A stretch of 64,000 nucleotides of DNA from assembly GCF_009914755.1 (NCBI RefSeq), contig NC_060930.1. The stretch is one strand, 5' to 3'. Shown here piece by piece: positions 14,622 to 29,289 of the stretch; the first letter of the stretch is position 1, and the number at the start of each line of letters is the position of its first letter. This stretch comes from the human T2T-CHM13v2.0 reference genome, Homo sapiens. The position numbers were made by a program, and so were the translations under genes. The notes beneath the pieces are model-generated. The model was not told the DNA's origin, did not search any database, and was given only the letters and a program-made list of their open reading frames with translations.

Positions 14622-17070
14622 TACTTTGTTAACATAATTAAATTTGTTCCAGCAAAACTCATAATTATGTAAGAACGGTGCAAAGATAAAATGATGTATA
14701 TATATAGTTTGACATATATTAAAACCTTATTAGCATTAGCGTATCTCAAGGTCTTCTCAGATAAAGACCACTATACCTTGAAACCTTCATTCATCTTCTC
14801 AGCTTCTCCTGTAACTACCCCCATCCTGAGTACCTTCTTCATAATCCCCTTCTTTCCTCTTTGTCCCTCCTTTCTTCCTCCTGCAAGACAGGTGACACGA
14901 TCCCCAGAATCTGCCTTACTTCTTTTATACTTTAAGTTCCTATGCTTCAATACTTTCCCACTTCCTCCTCAGCCCAGAGAGATCCCTTTAAACACCTATT
15001 ATAACACAGTTTATGCCACTTTTCTAGCACTTTGCACAACCTAGTACTGTTGAGTTTGTCATGTAGCTTTGTCAGATTTCCCCAACTGCAAGTTTTTTGT
15101 CCCGTATGCATTGAAAAAGAAGGCCTTAAAGGCTCAATCCACTCCTACAATATTCTGCAACCAGGGTAATATGCAGCCCTGTAAGGTTTTGTTCCTTTGC
15201 ACTTCGTGGAAGTTCATGATATTTAAAATAAATAATTACTACTACTACCAGTTTGTACTTTTTGCTGTAGGCAGGACAGATATAATGCAATTGGCTTTAA
15301 TTATGTTGTCACTAATCCTTGAAGCTCTTTGAGTTGTTTTCTCCATTTTACGAAGAATGAAATGATAGTATTGATATTTTATTTACATGTGTACTTACTA
15401 TGTGCTCTTTTTATTATCTTACTTGGATTACTCATTTAATTCTCCTAACACTCCTATGAAGTAGCTACTCTATCATCACCATTTTATAGATGAGGAAACT
15501 GAGGCACAGAGAAATTAAATGATTTGCCCAAGAAGTTACTGCAAGTAAATAGCATATTAAACTTCATAAACGAACCCATGGAATCCTAGAATTTATACTT
15601 AGCCAGCTATCACTGTGTATCAAATACTGTTTTATATACCTTATATCATAATTGTCTCATCTAGTTAGATAAGACAGTGTGCACTTATGGAACTGAGGTT
15701 GAAATATTTAGCAACATTAGGTTATCTCTGTTTTAAACTATTAACATGTTCTTTCACCAGAAAATTTTAGAAGCGTGCATGGCTAAGGTAGAATACTGGT
15801 TCTTTTAGTTCTACTCTTTTCTTCTCTTCAGGAAAGTTTATGCCTGTCTCAGAGTAACATTTTATTTATTCATTGGTTCCTTTTCTTTCTTAAGATTTTA
15901 ATAGTAAAGGCCAATACTTTGTCAAGTTTAAATTATGTAAATTGAGTAGTTTATGTGAGATACATTACTAGTTATTCCTTTTATTTTTAAAAGTTAGATC
16001 TCTGGGAATTTAGCTTTGCTCCACCATTTACTTTGTATGGCACCTTCTTGATAGTAAAAGATTTTTCAGAAATTTACCTGCCCAAAAACAGCTTTTATTT
16101 TATAATAAGCTTCATTTTTAGCTGACCTATGGTGATCCATATGTGTTTATTGTACATCTACATTTTCCTACACTCTTAAATATATAGTAGCTGCAGAATC
16201 TGTTTGTGTATACTTAATAGAGGTAATTTTTTCTTCCCCTAGTTATTTCTTTCCCATTGAATCAAGTTACATACAAGTTTCTAACCATTCCTGTTATAGG
16301 CTTGTTGGTGATTGACTTCATTTTAATAATCTTTTTATTTCATTGCCTTTCACCCAGTTTTTTAAACTCATGAAATTCCACACCCCTTTCCATCTCTATT
16401 TTCCTTCCTTAAATCAATACTTTACTATAAGCACCTCTTATATGTGATCCTTTGACCATAGTCATCTTGGTTTTTGATTAGTCCCTTCCCTGCCTTTCAT
16501 TTACTGTGTTATCAACTAGAGGTCTTGTAGGAACTGGAGTAAACTTTACTTGAAGAAACATACAGATAAGCAGTTGTCTTGAGAGGGCTCATCACAGTGG
16601 ATTCAAAGATGAATCAGTGAACATACTTGGGCTTTATACTTAGGGACTTTGATTCAGTAGGTCCAGGATGAAGCCCAGTGATTTTGTTTCAGGTGGTCCA
16701 CAGACCAAACTAAAAAATGCTGATTTAGGAAACACACCCTTTTCCTGATGAGGAAAGTTGCGTTTTTGTCCAATATCTTAAATCTTAAGGAGCTTTTAAG
16801 GTTTTGGCACCTTTTTTCCCTCCTGCTTACACACTCAACTTTGTTTGCTCTAAGATTTACCTGTTTTGAACATCATCAGCCTTGTAAAATGGAATTACTG
16901 ATTCCATGGTTCTCTACCTTGACTTCCCATCACAGTTACTGGTGGAGTATCTTGTTTTTACTTTGAGTAACAGAGATGCATGTGTAGGCCCTACATCCAG
17001 AAATTCTAAAACTCATTATCAGGTTTGAGTTACCTCCCCAACTTTGGACTCTGCATTTCAAAGCTCTGGG

Positions 17071-17115
17071 TGCTGCTGCTGCTGCTGCTGGATTGCTTTT
17101 GCTGCTGCTGCTGCT
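17071..17115 (+). repeat. Interrupted (CTG)n trinucleotide repeat
   Basis: (TGC)6 TG GATTGCTTT (TGC)5. Confidence 0.95.
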
Positions 17116-19206
17116 TTCTCCACCTTACTCCTTCCCCTTACTTCTCTCTTTTACTAGGTAACGCAGGAATATAATACAGAATTCAACAAGCACGAAAAGG
17201 TGTACAGTGAAGAGAAAGTTTCTTAAGTCTTCCTCTCCAGCCCTTATTCTCCCAGATTCCCTCTTCTTCCTCAGATAATCATTGTTACCAGTTTCTTCCC
17301 CAAGTGATTTAGATGTGCATCCAGAATGGAGAAACACTAACTTAGTGCTAGCAAGCAGGATATTACATAGGCATTAGGAAAAAATCAAGCGGGGAACGAC
17401 CCCTTTAAGTCTTTGTAAAATAAAGATAAAATCTAAAGGCTAACCTTCATATTGTTGCCTTGACATTGTGAATATAAAGTCGTATTCTGAGGAAATAATT
17501 TAAATATGGAAATGGTCCATGTACAAAAAACTTTTTGCGTAGCTTTCTAGAGAAAAATTAGAAACAACTTAGTTATTTGTTTACAAGACTGGCTAAATAG
17601 TAATATATTGACCTGATGGACTGTTATGCAGTCATTTAAAACAATGCTTATTTTCTAACTTTTCTTCAGGTGTATATTTTATTTCTCTATATATAGAGAG
17701 TGAGAGATTAAATATATATATTTGTGTATTTGTGTGTGTATACATATGTAAAGAGACATACATACACGTATATGTTTTTTAACCCACTAAAACTTTGGAG
17801 TCCAAGTTACATTTATGCATAAAAGTTAAATCCTGCTTCTCTATTTGCATGCTTCTCAGTGTTGACAGATGTCTAGATAAAATTTAACTAAATTTCTCTA
17901 CAATGTCCTTTACTGGATATTGGTTTCTTTATAACATTCATCAAAACCTCAATTATGTGCATCTAATTGGTCCCAGCTTCTGCTATCCAAAGTGTAATCA
18001 TGCCCTTTGAACACAAACACCTGCTTACCTTAATTAGTACATCTGTATGCCTTCTTATGTTACCACATCAGTTTATTTGATCCTGAAATCGAAAGAGAAG
18101 TAGGTAAACAAGCACTCTACAGAGCCTCATTTTGGATTGTGCAAATCTCAAAACTTTTGATTAAATATACTTAATATGTTAGGTAGATCGTGTCACAAAA
18201 TCATGTCATAAAATGTAATCTCAATTTTAGAACTTCAGGTAGTCTTGGACTACATAACACTTTGAAGCATCTTCATTTCCCTAAGTCTAAATTGTAAGAT
18301 GAAATATAAAACACATTATTTTCACTTTTTATTGAATATTTTTTATTACAGAAACAATATATTAAATAAAATAGGTTTTTAAAATTTATTTGTGTGTTTT
18401 TTATTAGATCAAGAAGGTGTATAATGAAGAGTAAATCTCCCTTAATTGCGTTCCCTAGAGGCAGCCAGTGTTACCAGTTCTTGTGTATCCTTCCAAAGAT
18501 ATTCTGTGCACGTAAAAGCGTGTGTGTTCTTGTATGTAAGAGAATACAGAACACTGTTCTGCACTTAGTGGTGGTAGTTTTTTAACTGAGTATTGTATCT
18601 TGGGGATTATTCCATATTAGCATCTCATTCTTTTTAATGGCTGTATAGTACATTATACTTTTGTGAATGACCATAGTTTACACATCACTATTAACAGATA
18701 CGTAAGTAGTTTTTGGTTGTTTATCATTAGAAACATGCTTTGGCAAATATATATAGTTTTCTGTGTGACTGTATCTGCAAACAGATTCATAAAAATAGAA
18801 TTGTGAAGTCAAAAAATAAATGCAGTTTTAATTTTGATACAGATTGCCAAATTGACATCTATAGAGACTGCACTCTGAGGTGAGGATTCCCCTCACCAAG
18901 TGATGTGTTAACAGACATTTGGATGTTAATTAAAGATCATTATTTTTTAATAAATTAAATCTCCCATGATGCGCCGCCCCTATACTTTTTTGTTTGGTCT
19001 CCAATTTAAAATTTTCCCCAGTGAAAATTATTTACATGATAATGTCTTTCTGTTTTTGCCAAATATTACATGACTACTTCCTTGCATTTTCTGAGGTTTT
19101 AATAAGTTTTAATGTCTGCATAATAGTCAAGTATTAATAAATTACAGTTTGAAAAGCTGCTTTCCAAAAGTTAAGCTGTTTGGTTCTTTTTTGGTTTTTA
19201 CTGTTA

Positions 19207-19525
<319 letters not shown>

Positions 19526-20225
19526 CTATGTTAAACTTACGTTGAATTACTTCCTTAGCATAAATTCCTAAGAGAGAAAGGTACTGCTGTCTTTTGATTA
19601 CCTTACTTACATGACACTGTTTACCTGTGTGCTTCCTACCTCAAGATGCTTATGGATAAATAGGATCATGCCCAACTAAATTTGAGAAATATTGCATCTG
19701 CTGCTGCTACCCAAAGATTAACAGTGCATATTAAAGTCCAGAAATAAAGAAACCTCCTTAACTTTAAGTAACAGCATTTTTCAAATGTATTGCCACAAAA
19801 AAAAAACTTATTTTTCCATGTAACACTTAACTAATGCTATTGAAAGGCTCTTTGAGAAGTGATAAATGACAAAGTGATATATTGGGCTTTCAAGTAGATT
19901 TCTTAAAATTTGAATTATTGAATCTGTTCTGATACCTCCTAATTTAATCGTATTTCCTAATGTCCTAGAGAATTCCAAATGCTTATTTCCTTCTAACTAA
20001 AGGTAATGGTAGTTCTACTTTAGCACATAGAAATGTAGGAGACTGCCATTCAACAGGTATTTGTAGAAAACTTAGTATGGCCTTATTAAAGGCAAGATTT
20101 CACAGTGATTCTGTGACTAAAATTGGGGGTTAACTGAAAGTGAGACTCAACTTCATTTTATACACGTAGATGTGGATTGTCAAAATGAGCAACCATTAAA
20201 CGAGGTTACAGAAATAAGATGATAA

Positions 20226-20571
20226 TCTTAGTTTATTCAGGCTGCTGTAACAAAATACCATAAACTAGGTAGCTTATAAACAGCAGAAGTTTATTTCTTG
20301 TAGTTCTGGAGGCTATGAAGTCCAAGATCAAGGCACCAGCAGACTGAATGTCTGGTGAATTCCCACTCTGTGGTTCGTAGGTGGCACCTTTTAGCTATGT
20401 CCTCGCATGGTGGAAGGGGCAGCTCAGCTCCCTCGGGCCTCTTTTATAAGGCCACTAATCCCATTCATGTAGGTTCCACACTCAAACCTGATCACCTCCC
20501 AATACTGTCATCTTGGGGGATAGGATGTCACATACGAATTTTGAGGGGACCTGACCATTCACACCATAGCA
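20226..20571 (-). mobile_element. MLT1A-like MaLR solo LTR
   Basis: tcttagtt..ttcaggctgctgtaacaaaatacca ... gaagtccaagatcaaggc ... ccatagca end. Confidence 0.85.
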
Positions 20572-20976
20572 GGTGAGGATGGATCTAAAGCATAAAAATC
20601 TTTCCAGCCTTCATCTGTAGATCTTGACATCAGATGTTGAGTATTCACTCTTGTAGTGTGGAATTTAGGATTTTGTTTTTGTTTGGTTTGAAATGAATTC
20701 CAGCATTAAAATCTCTTATATGATTAATTTGCTACAAACAGACTTTCACCTATCCATAGAATTTTTTTACAGTAATTTATAAAAATGCACCTGTCATTTC
20801 AAAAGAGCATATCGTATTTTTTACAGATACCTTGACTATTCAATTATTTCATTCACCAGCATTATGACATTTATAACAGTCTAGTGGCTGAAAACTGAAA
20901 TAACCACGTCTTTATTATTTACTTTTAATTTATTTTTACTTTTTAAAAGTAGTGTGTTTTCAGCATGAAACATTTT

Positions 20977-21261
20977 AGCCGGGTGCAGTGGCTCACTCCT
21001 GTAATCCCAGCACTTTGGGAGGCTGAGGCAGTCAGATCACGAGGTCAGGAGTTCGAGAGCAGCCTGGCCAATATGGTGAAGTCCCATCTCTACTAAAAAT
21101 ACAAAAACTAATCGGGCGTGGTGGTGCGCACCTGTAGTGCCAACTGCTCAGGAGGCTGAGGCAGGAGAATCACTTGAACCCAGGAGGCGGAGGTTGCAGT
21201 GAGCCAAGATTGTGCCACTACACTCCAGCCTGGGCAATAGAGGGAGACTCCGTCTCAAGGA

Positions 21262-21328
<67 letters not shown>
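20977..21328 (+). mobile_element. AluSg-like with (CA)~25 microsatellite in the tail
   Basis: Full dimer, A-tail, then CA repeat 21279-21328. Confidence 0.95.
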
Positions 21329-21329
<1 letters not shown>

Positions 21330-21538
21330 TTTAGCCTTGATGGATATAAAGTAATAGTAAAGACTTTATCAATATGTAAATGGATTACATTATACATTGT
21401 TTAATTTAGTCTATGCTTCTGCCCCCTTGAACGGTGTTAATGAACATCTGTCCATGTCAGTACATTTAGATGAACTTAATACTTTACAACATTTAACTTG
21501 TTTCTGAATTTGTCATGTTATAAATTATACTGTAATAA

Positions 21539-21899
<361 letters not shown>

Positions 21900-21987
21900 T
21901 AAGTTCCTAGAAGTGAAATTGCTGAGTCATAGGGTCTGCAAATTAAATTAGATCTGCAGTTATGTTCTCTCAGAAATGTGTGTATAT

Positions 21988-22314
21988 AAGTTGAGTATCC
22001 CTTATTAGAAATGCTTGGGACCAAAAATGTTTCGGATTTTGGATTTTTTCAGATTTGGGGATATTTGTGTATATGTATAATATCTTCAGGATGGGACCCA
22101 CATCTAAACACGATATTGATTTATATTTCATATCCACCTTAATACGCATAGCCTGAAGGTAATTTTATACAGTATTTTACATTATTCTGCACATGAAGCA
22201 AGTTTGTCTTAAGTACTTATGTGAAATTTTCCACTCATGCTCGCATCCTGTTGAACTCAAAAAGTTTCCAGTTTTCGAGTATTTCATATCTTCAGATTAG
22301 GGATGCTCAACTTG
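21988..22314. mobile_element. Tigger4 (MER46A/B-like) DNA transposon
   Basis: TIRs aagttgagtatccct ... agggatgctcaactt, TA flanks. Confidence 0.85.
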
Positions 22315-22319
22315 TATTA

Positions 22320-22495
22320 TTCTGTCTTCCGGCATCTACTGCGACTAATTAGAAGTTCATCAATCTAGTTATTCCTTTGTAGATTATGGCTCTTTTCTCT
22401 CTGATTGTTTTAAAGATAAAATATTTGTCTTTGGTACTCTGCAGTTTCACTACAATACATCTAGGTGCAGATTTCTTTTTATTTTTCTCTTCAGA

Positions 22496-22558
<63 letters not shown>

Positions 22559-22900
22559 TATATTATAAAGAAACATTGTCAGTTTCTCAACCATTATCTC
22601 TTTGAATTTTGCCTTTCCCTTATTCTTTCATATCTTTCTACAAGTCCTCTATTAGATGCAGTAGTATTTTCATTCTGTTTCTCATTTTCTCTTCCATATA
22701 TTCCATTGCTTTATAAGCTCTGCTGCTTTCTGGTTGCTATTCTCTTATCCATCTTCCAGTTCACCTTTCTCTGTGGTCTCAAGTACCTTCTGCTGTTTAA
22801 CCTATTCATTGATTGTTACATTTTATGATGATATATTTTCTAGAAGTCTTAATTGATTCTTTTTCAAATTTTGCCTTTTCACTTTATATCTTATTGTTAT
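22320..22900 (-). mobile_element. Ancient L1M ORF1 relic containing a (TG)~26 microsatellite (22500-22551)
   Basis: Minus-strand peptide SAPRCIVVKLQSTKDKYFIFKTIREKRAIIYKG resembles the L1 ORF1p C-terminal region. Confidence 0.7.
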
Positions 22901-24095
22901 GATTTCCTTTTATCTCCACAGTCATTTTAAATATTTTTATTTTATAGCTTCTTTCAGGTTCTGTTCTCTTACATTCTTAGATATTAATCATCTAATTAAT
23001 GTTCCTGATCTTTACTCATGGTGGATTATTTCTTTGTGCTTTTGAATTTTATTTAACATGAGCTCATTTTCAACATGATGTTATTTGTTTTTCATTTTTT
23101 AACTCTAGAAATCCTTTGCTTCCTGGGTTAAAGAAATAAGATTCCATAGCAGTTTTACTTTTGTTTCTGCCAGGAATCCTATGGTATCACCAGCCTCAGA
23201 CCAATTTTTTTGTTAATTTCTATTTTAAGTTTCTTTTCTACACCTGTAGTGTAAATTTGGATTCCACACCTGTGCATGGTGCGGGCTCGTGTCTTTAATT
23301 TTGTAAGGGAGATGTTTCCTTCCCACTCATGGCTCTAGTGAATTTCAGTTCTTGTGGCTTCTATGTGGCAATGGATAGAGATTTAGCTGCTTTTTTCTAG
23401 TAAGGAAGGACCTTCCAGAATCTCTGCTTTATGCAACTATTTCATTTAAATAAAATGTCTTTCTGATGTGGTCCTATAATGTGTCTTCTTTCCACATAGT
23501 ATTAAAACCCCAGCTCCAGTATGTCTAGTTCTGATAACTATATCTCTCTCCTTCCAAACTCTTCTCCCCCACATATCACCACAGTATTTTAACTTAAACA
23601 CTTATTATAGTGGCTTTTAATTCTGTCTTTGTTTCTGGCACCAGGGAATTTTTTTCTTGCAAGCTCTGCTGTTACAAAACAAAGTCAATCATTTTTTCAT
23701 TATTTCTGGTTTTTCATAACAGAAGAGGTTCTGAACTAGCTCAGTACACTATCATTCTGGAACTGAAGCCAAGTTTTTTTCTCCCAAAAGTAAGACTTAA
23801 ATTTTCCTAAATGTGCTTTTGGTATCTATTGAGATAATAGTATAAGTAGTCTCCATTAACTATTAATATAATGGAAGTACATTAATAAGTTTAGTTTAAA
23901 GTGAGATACCAGTAATAAATCCAGCTCTATAGTTCGTATACTCCGTTTCCTAATCTTTTATTCAAAATTTTTGTGCCAGTTTTTTTAAAGTAAATGCTCT
24001 TGGTATATAGGTATTTTGTTTGCTTTATTTGCATGTTAGATTTTTACATCAGAAAATGATAGCCTTTTTTTTCTGAATTTTTTTTTATGTTAGCC

Positions 24096-26472
24096 TGTGT
24101 TAGTTTGTTCTTGCATTGCTATAAAGAAGTACCCAAGACTGGGTAATTTAGAAAGAATAAGGGTTTAATTGGCTCCTAGTTCTGCAGGCTGTACAGGAAG
24201 TATGTTGCCAAGCATCGGCTCACCTTTTGGTGGGGCTTCAGGAAGCTTACAATCATGGCCGAAGGCACAGGGGAAGCCAGTGTGTCACATGGCAAGAGCG
24301 GAAGCAAGGGAGGAGGAAGTTTTAAACAGCCTGATCTCATGACAACTCAATCATGAGAACAGTGCCAAGGCAGGGGGCACTAAACCATTCATAAGAAATC
24401 CACCCTCATGGTCCAGTCGCCTCCCACCAGGTCCCATCTCCAACACTGGGGATCATAATTCAACATGAGATTTAGAGAAGACAGCATCCAAACTATATTA
24501 TTCCGCCCCTGCCTCTCAAAATCTCATGTTCTTCTCACATTTCAAAATATAATCATTCCTTCCTAATAGTCCTCCAAAAGTTTCAGCTCATTTCAGCGTC
24601 ACTCAAAAGTCCAAAGTATCATCTGAGTTAAGCCAAGTCCCCTTTACCTATGAGTCTGTAAAATCAAAACAAGTTATTCACTTTCAAGATACAATGGGGG
24701 TACAGGCATGGGGTAAACATTCCCATTCCAAAAGGGAGAAATTGGCCAAAAGAAAGGGGCTACAGGCTTCATACAGGTTTAAAACCCAGTAGGGCAGTCA
24801 TTAAATCTTAAAGCTCCAAAATAATCTCCTTTGACTCCATGTCCCGCATCCAGGCCTTTGAGCAGCCCTGCCTGTGTCTGCAGGGTTCAGCCACGGCAGG
24901 TGTTCTCGTGGGTTGGAGTTGAGTGTCTGCAGCTTTTTCTAGCACAAGGTGTAAGCTGCTGGTGGACCTAACATTCTAGGGTCTGGAGGACGGGGGTCCC
25001 TTTCCCCAGCCCCACTAGGCAGTGCCCCCATGGAGACTCTGTGGGGCCTCCAACTCCACATTTTCCCTCCCTACAGCCCTAGTAGAGGTTTTTTTGTGAG
25101 GGCTCTGCCCCTGCAGCAGGCTTCTGCCTGGCCACCCAGACTTTCTCATACATCCTCTGAAATCTAGGTGGAGGCTGCCAAGCCTCCTTCACTCTTGCAC
25201 TGTGCACACCTGTAGGCTTAACACCATAGACACTGCCAAGGTTTAAGGTGGCATACATTCTCCAAAGCAGCAGCAGCCCGAGTTGTTCTTGGGGCCCTTT
25301 GAGCCATAGCTGGAGCGGCCTGGATTCAGGGAGCAGTGTCCTGAGCTGTGCAGGGCTGGGCCTGGCCACCTGAACCATTATTTCCTCCTGGTTTCTGAGC
25401 CTGTGATGGGAGGGGCTGCTGCAAAGATCTCTGAAATGTCTTCGAGGCCTTTTTCCCATTGTCTTGGCTGTTCGCACTTGGCTCCTTTTTAGTTGGGCCA
25501 ATCTCTAGCAAGTGGTGAGTCCACTTGCTTGAATTCCTCTCCCGAAAAAGCCTTTTCTTTCTCTGCCACATGGCCAGACTGCATGTTTTCCAAACTTTTA
25601 TAGTTCTACTTCCCCTTTAAATATAACTTCCAACATTAAGTCATTTCTTTGCTCCAACATCTGAGTATAGGTTGTTAGAAACATCCAGTCCACATCAGAA
25701 ATTTCTTCTGTCAGATGCCCTAAATCATCACTCTTAAGTTGAAACTTCCACAGATCCCCAGGGCATGAACACAATACAGCCAAGCTCTTTGCTAAGGCAT
25801 AACAAGGCTGACTTTGCTCTGGTTCCTATAAGTTCTTGATTTCCATCTTAGTTTTTATCACCTTGGCCTTCCCTGTCCATATCACTATCAAGATTTTGAT
25901 TATAACCATTTAACCAGTCTCTAAGAATTTTCAGATATTCCCTCATCTTCCTGTCTTCCTGAGTCCTGCAAACTCTTCTAACCTCTGCCTGTTACCCAGT
26001 TCCCAAGTTGCTTCCACATTTTCAAGTATCTTTATAGTAGTGCCCCATTCCCAGTATCAGTTTTCTATGTTAGACCATTCTTGCATTGCTGTAAAGACAT
26101 ACCCAAGATTAGGTAATTCAGAATGAAAAGAGGTTTAATCGGCTCATGGTTCTGCAGGCTGTACAGGAAGCATGGTGCTGGGCATCTGCTTCGCTTCTGG
26201 CGGGACCTCAGGAAGCTTACAGCTATGGCAGAAGGCAAAGGGGGAACCTGGATATCACATAGAGCGGGTGCAAGAGACAGGAGGTGCCACACACTTTTGA
26301 ACAGCCATATCTCACAAGAACTCACTATCCTGAGGACAGCGCTAAGGGGATGGCACTAAACCACTTATGAGAAATCCGTCTCCATGATTCATTCACCATC
26401 AGGCCCCACCTCCAACACTGGGGATCACAGTTCAGAATGAGATTTAGAGGAGATAATGCCCTAACTATATTA
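24096..26472 (-). mobile_element. Full-length MSTA-like MaLR retroelement (LTR 24096-24500, internal 24501-26065, LTR 26066-26472)
   Basis: Two homologous ~405-bp LTRs flanking a ~1.56-kb MST internal region; 5-bp TSD tagcc/taacc. Confidence 0.92.
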
Positions 26473-27619
26473 TAACCTTTTAAAGTAAATTGAAAACTGA
26501 AATTTGTCTGGACTTTGGAACAATTTAAATTACACAAAAATTACCTTTTTTTGGAAAGTTTTAGAAAACTATCCCATCTGGCTTGGTGTACTGGGGAGGG
26601 GAAACTAGTCAAGAGCAGTTAACTTCAATCTTTGACAGACTTTGCCATATTTTTATAGTCATTGTTTTGAGGTGTTGTTTTGTTTTTAATATCAAGGCAG
26701 CTTGTTTTCTAGAAAATAATTCATCTAATCTAAATCTATAACTTAAGTACAATAGTAATGTTTCTCCCTTGTCCCCTCCCTCCCATTTCTCCCCATTTTC
26801 CCTAGTGTTAGAATTGCAAGAGCTTTGTTATTTTATCAGACTTGGTTGAATACCAGCTTTGGTCACAAATGATTAATATTCTACAGTTTTTTAAATTAAA
26901 ATTATACTTTTCTTCCCTGAATACCACTACAGGAAGGGACCTTGGAGATTTAGTCCATCCCTCATTATTGACTAAGTATCTAGGCTAACAGTATTTATAG
27001 GGGGAAAATGTAATATAAACATTGAATATTGATTACACAAAAATTGTAAAGTAACTGGGCAGAGGAGTATAGCAGTGGAGAAGTATGGTGTATATATATA
27101 TATGGGGTAGGCACTGAGTTCTAAAGCTAAATCTTTATTTTCTCATAAATGGCACTAAACCATTTATGAGAAATTCGCCCCTATGATTCATTCACCACCA
27201 GGCCTCACCTCCAACAATAGGTAGGAATGTGGAGAAACAGCTCAGTCTTGACCATGGTTACCTCTACAGAGTAGGAATCAAAGGTGTAGAGGCATGAGGC
27301 AGGGAAAGTTTCCCTAATGAGCTTCATAGCACTTGCTGGCTTTTTAAACTGTTTACATGTTTTCTTTCTTAAACATTTTTTAAAGTTTCATTACAGGATA
27401 ATGCCACAGTAAAATATTTTCTGAACAAAAAATTCATTAAGATGTTTGAAAATCCATCTTTAAACATGCTCTTCAGTTTTTTTGAGGATAGAATGTTGAC
27501 CATTGTGAAAAAATTAATAATTACTATATAATGTTTTATCCATAATATAACTAATGATATATTTAAATTATATGGTAGGATTTTCTCATTCACACTCAGG
27601 TTTTAATTAACGCCAGTAC

Positions 27620-28250
27620 CACAGATGCACCTCACATTTTTCTCTGCAGGTCAGATCTGTCCTTTGAGCGCTAGACCCATATATCACAACTCCCTGTATG
27701 ATATCTCTATTTGGATGTTTTACAGGTACCCTAGATTCCACAGGTTCAGAAACAAACCTGTAATCCTTCTCTTTGTTTGTGCTCTTTGATTTTTCCCATT
27801 GTTTCCTAATTCAGAGACGAGACCACTATCCAGTTGAGCAAATCAGAAATCAACTTTGACACCTCCTTCGCTTTTGCCCCAATTTCTAATTCATCACCAA
27901 ATTTCTATACATTTTTACTTCCTAAATATCCCTTAAGGTCTTCCACTTCTCTCTACCTAGTCTCCATTGCTATCCACAGTACAGGCTATTACCATTTCCT
28001 GGCTGAACTACAGCAGTGGTTTTCTGACTGGTCTTCTCATATATTCTTTTACCCTTTTTCCATACAATAGCCGTTTTTTATACACACATGATTTCTTGAT
28101 CATGTCACCTTTCCTACCTCTGAGCTTTAAATCCTTCATCGGCTTCCCATTGTTCTTAAGATAAAATCCCCAAATGTTAATGGCCTATAAGGCACTTCAT
28201 GATTTGGGCCCTACCTATTTTGCTTGATCTTTGCTCTCTACAGTTTTTCC
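27620..28250 (+). mobile_element. L2 fragment
   Basis: L2 3' motifs (agacccatatatc.caact, atctctatttggatgt, ggcttcccattgttcttaagataaaatcc). Confidence 0.7.
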
Positions 28251-29289
28251 CAATGTACCATGCTCCCATGCTCTGCTTTGGAATGATGTGAAAGAGAAAA
28301 ACAGTGGCTGTGATAGCCACAAGCGAGATGGCAGGCAGCAGACCGAGTGCAGAAGACGTAGACAGAAGATAAAATAATGAGCAAGTTAAAATAGTTATCT
28401 AAATTATAAACGTGTATTTATGTGCCTTTAACCTAGCAATTTCTGTGATCTGCACGGCAAGGACATTGACTCTAATACTTGTACTATCTCCAGCATGGTA
28501 TCTCCTGCATACTAGGCACTCATTCAATGTGTGGTTGGTAGATAAATAGATGATGATAGTCCCAGTTTTAAATACTCTTATCTAGTTGCCTCATAAATGC
28601 CCAGATTTTCATAAGACCTATATATCCAGTTGCATTCTTTGTTTCTGTTTGTTTTTTTAATCTGGAGACGTGGTCTCGTGTTAAACAGTTAGCTTTTGTA
28701 TACTCTTATAGTCCTAGAAACATCCACTATGATAAACTGCACTGAATATGAAGCATAACTTGCAGTCTGAGTGAGCCATTAACCAGTGCCTAGTACTCTT
28801 CACTGTAATAGTTACTAAGAAATCAAAAATTGTTTACATAATCTTTAAGAAAGGAAAGAATATGGCACATTTTATAAACCGTTCCAATATGTCTACTTAT
28901 GTTTTGTAGTGCTGTATATACTCTGCTACTATTTAGAAGGAATTAACCCTCCTAGATCATTTTAGCTGGTGGAAGTTTAGATGCCAGAACTTTATACCTA
29001 TTGCTGCAAACATTTCATAAAGTATGATTTCTTTATTCTTTTTCTCAGGAGAGGGTTTATTTTGCATCTTAACATAGGAAATGTGTCTCTGTTTATTATG
29101 AGAAATAATTTTACAGAGTAAATTTATAAGATATTTCTTGGTTTTTGTTTTGAAATTAAGTAAATACCAATTGTTTCAGTAATGTGTTTGGGTTGTCCTT
29201 ACAAATGACTTACTGCTCCACAAAGGCTACATTTTCAAATAGTTATATTGCTTTCACTCTTAAAGTTTACTTTTGCTGTTTGTAGTATG

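Noticed and set aside
25079-26359. Cluster of 60-140 aa ORFs
   Set aside because: All fall in the decayed MSTA internal region or LTR; fragmented, with no intact gag/pol.
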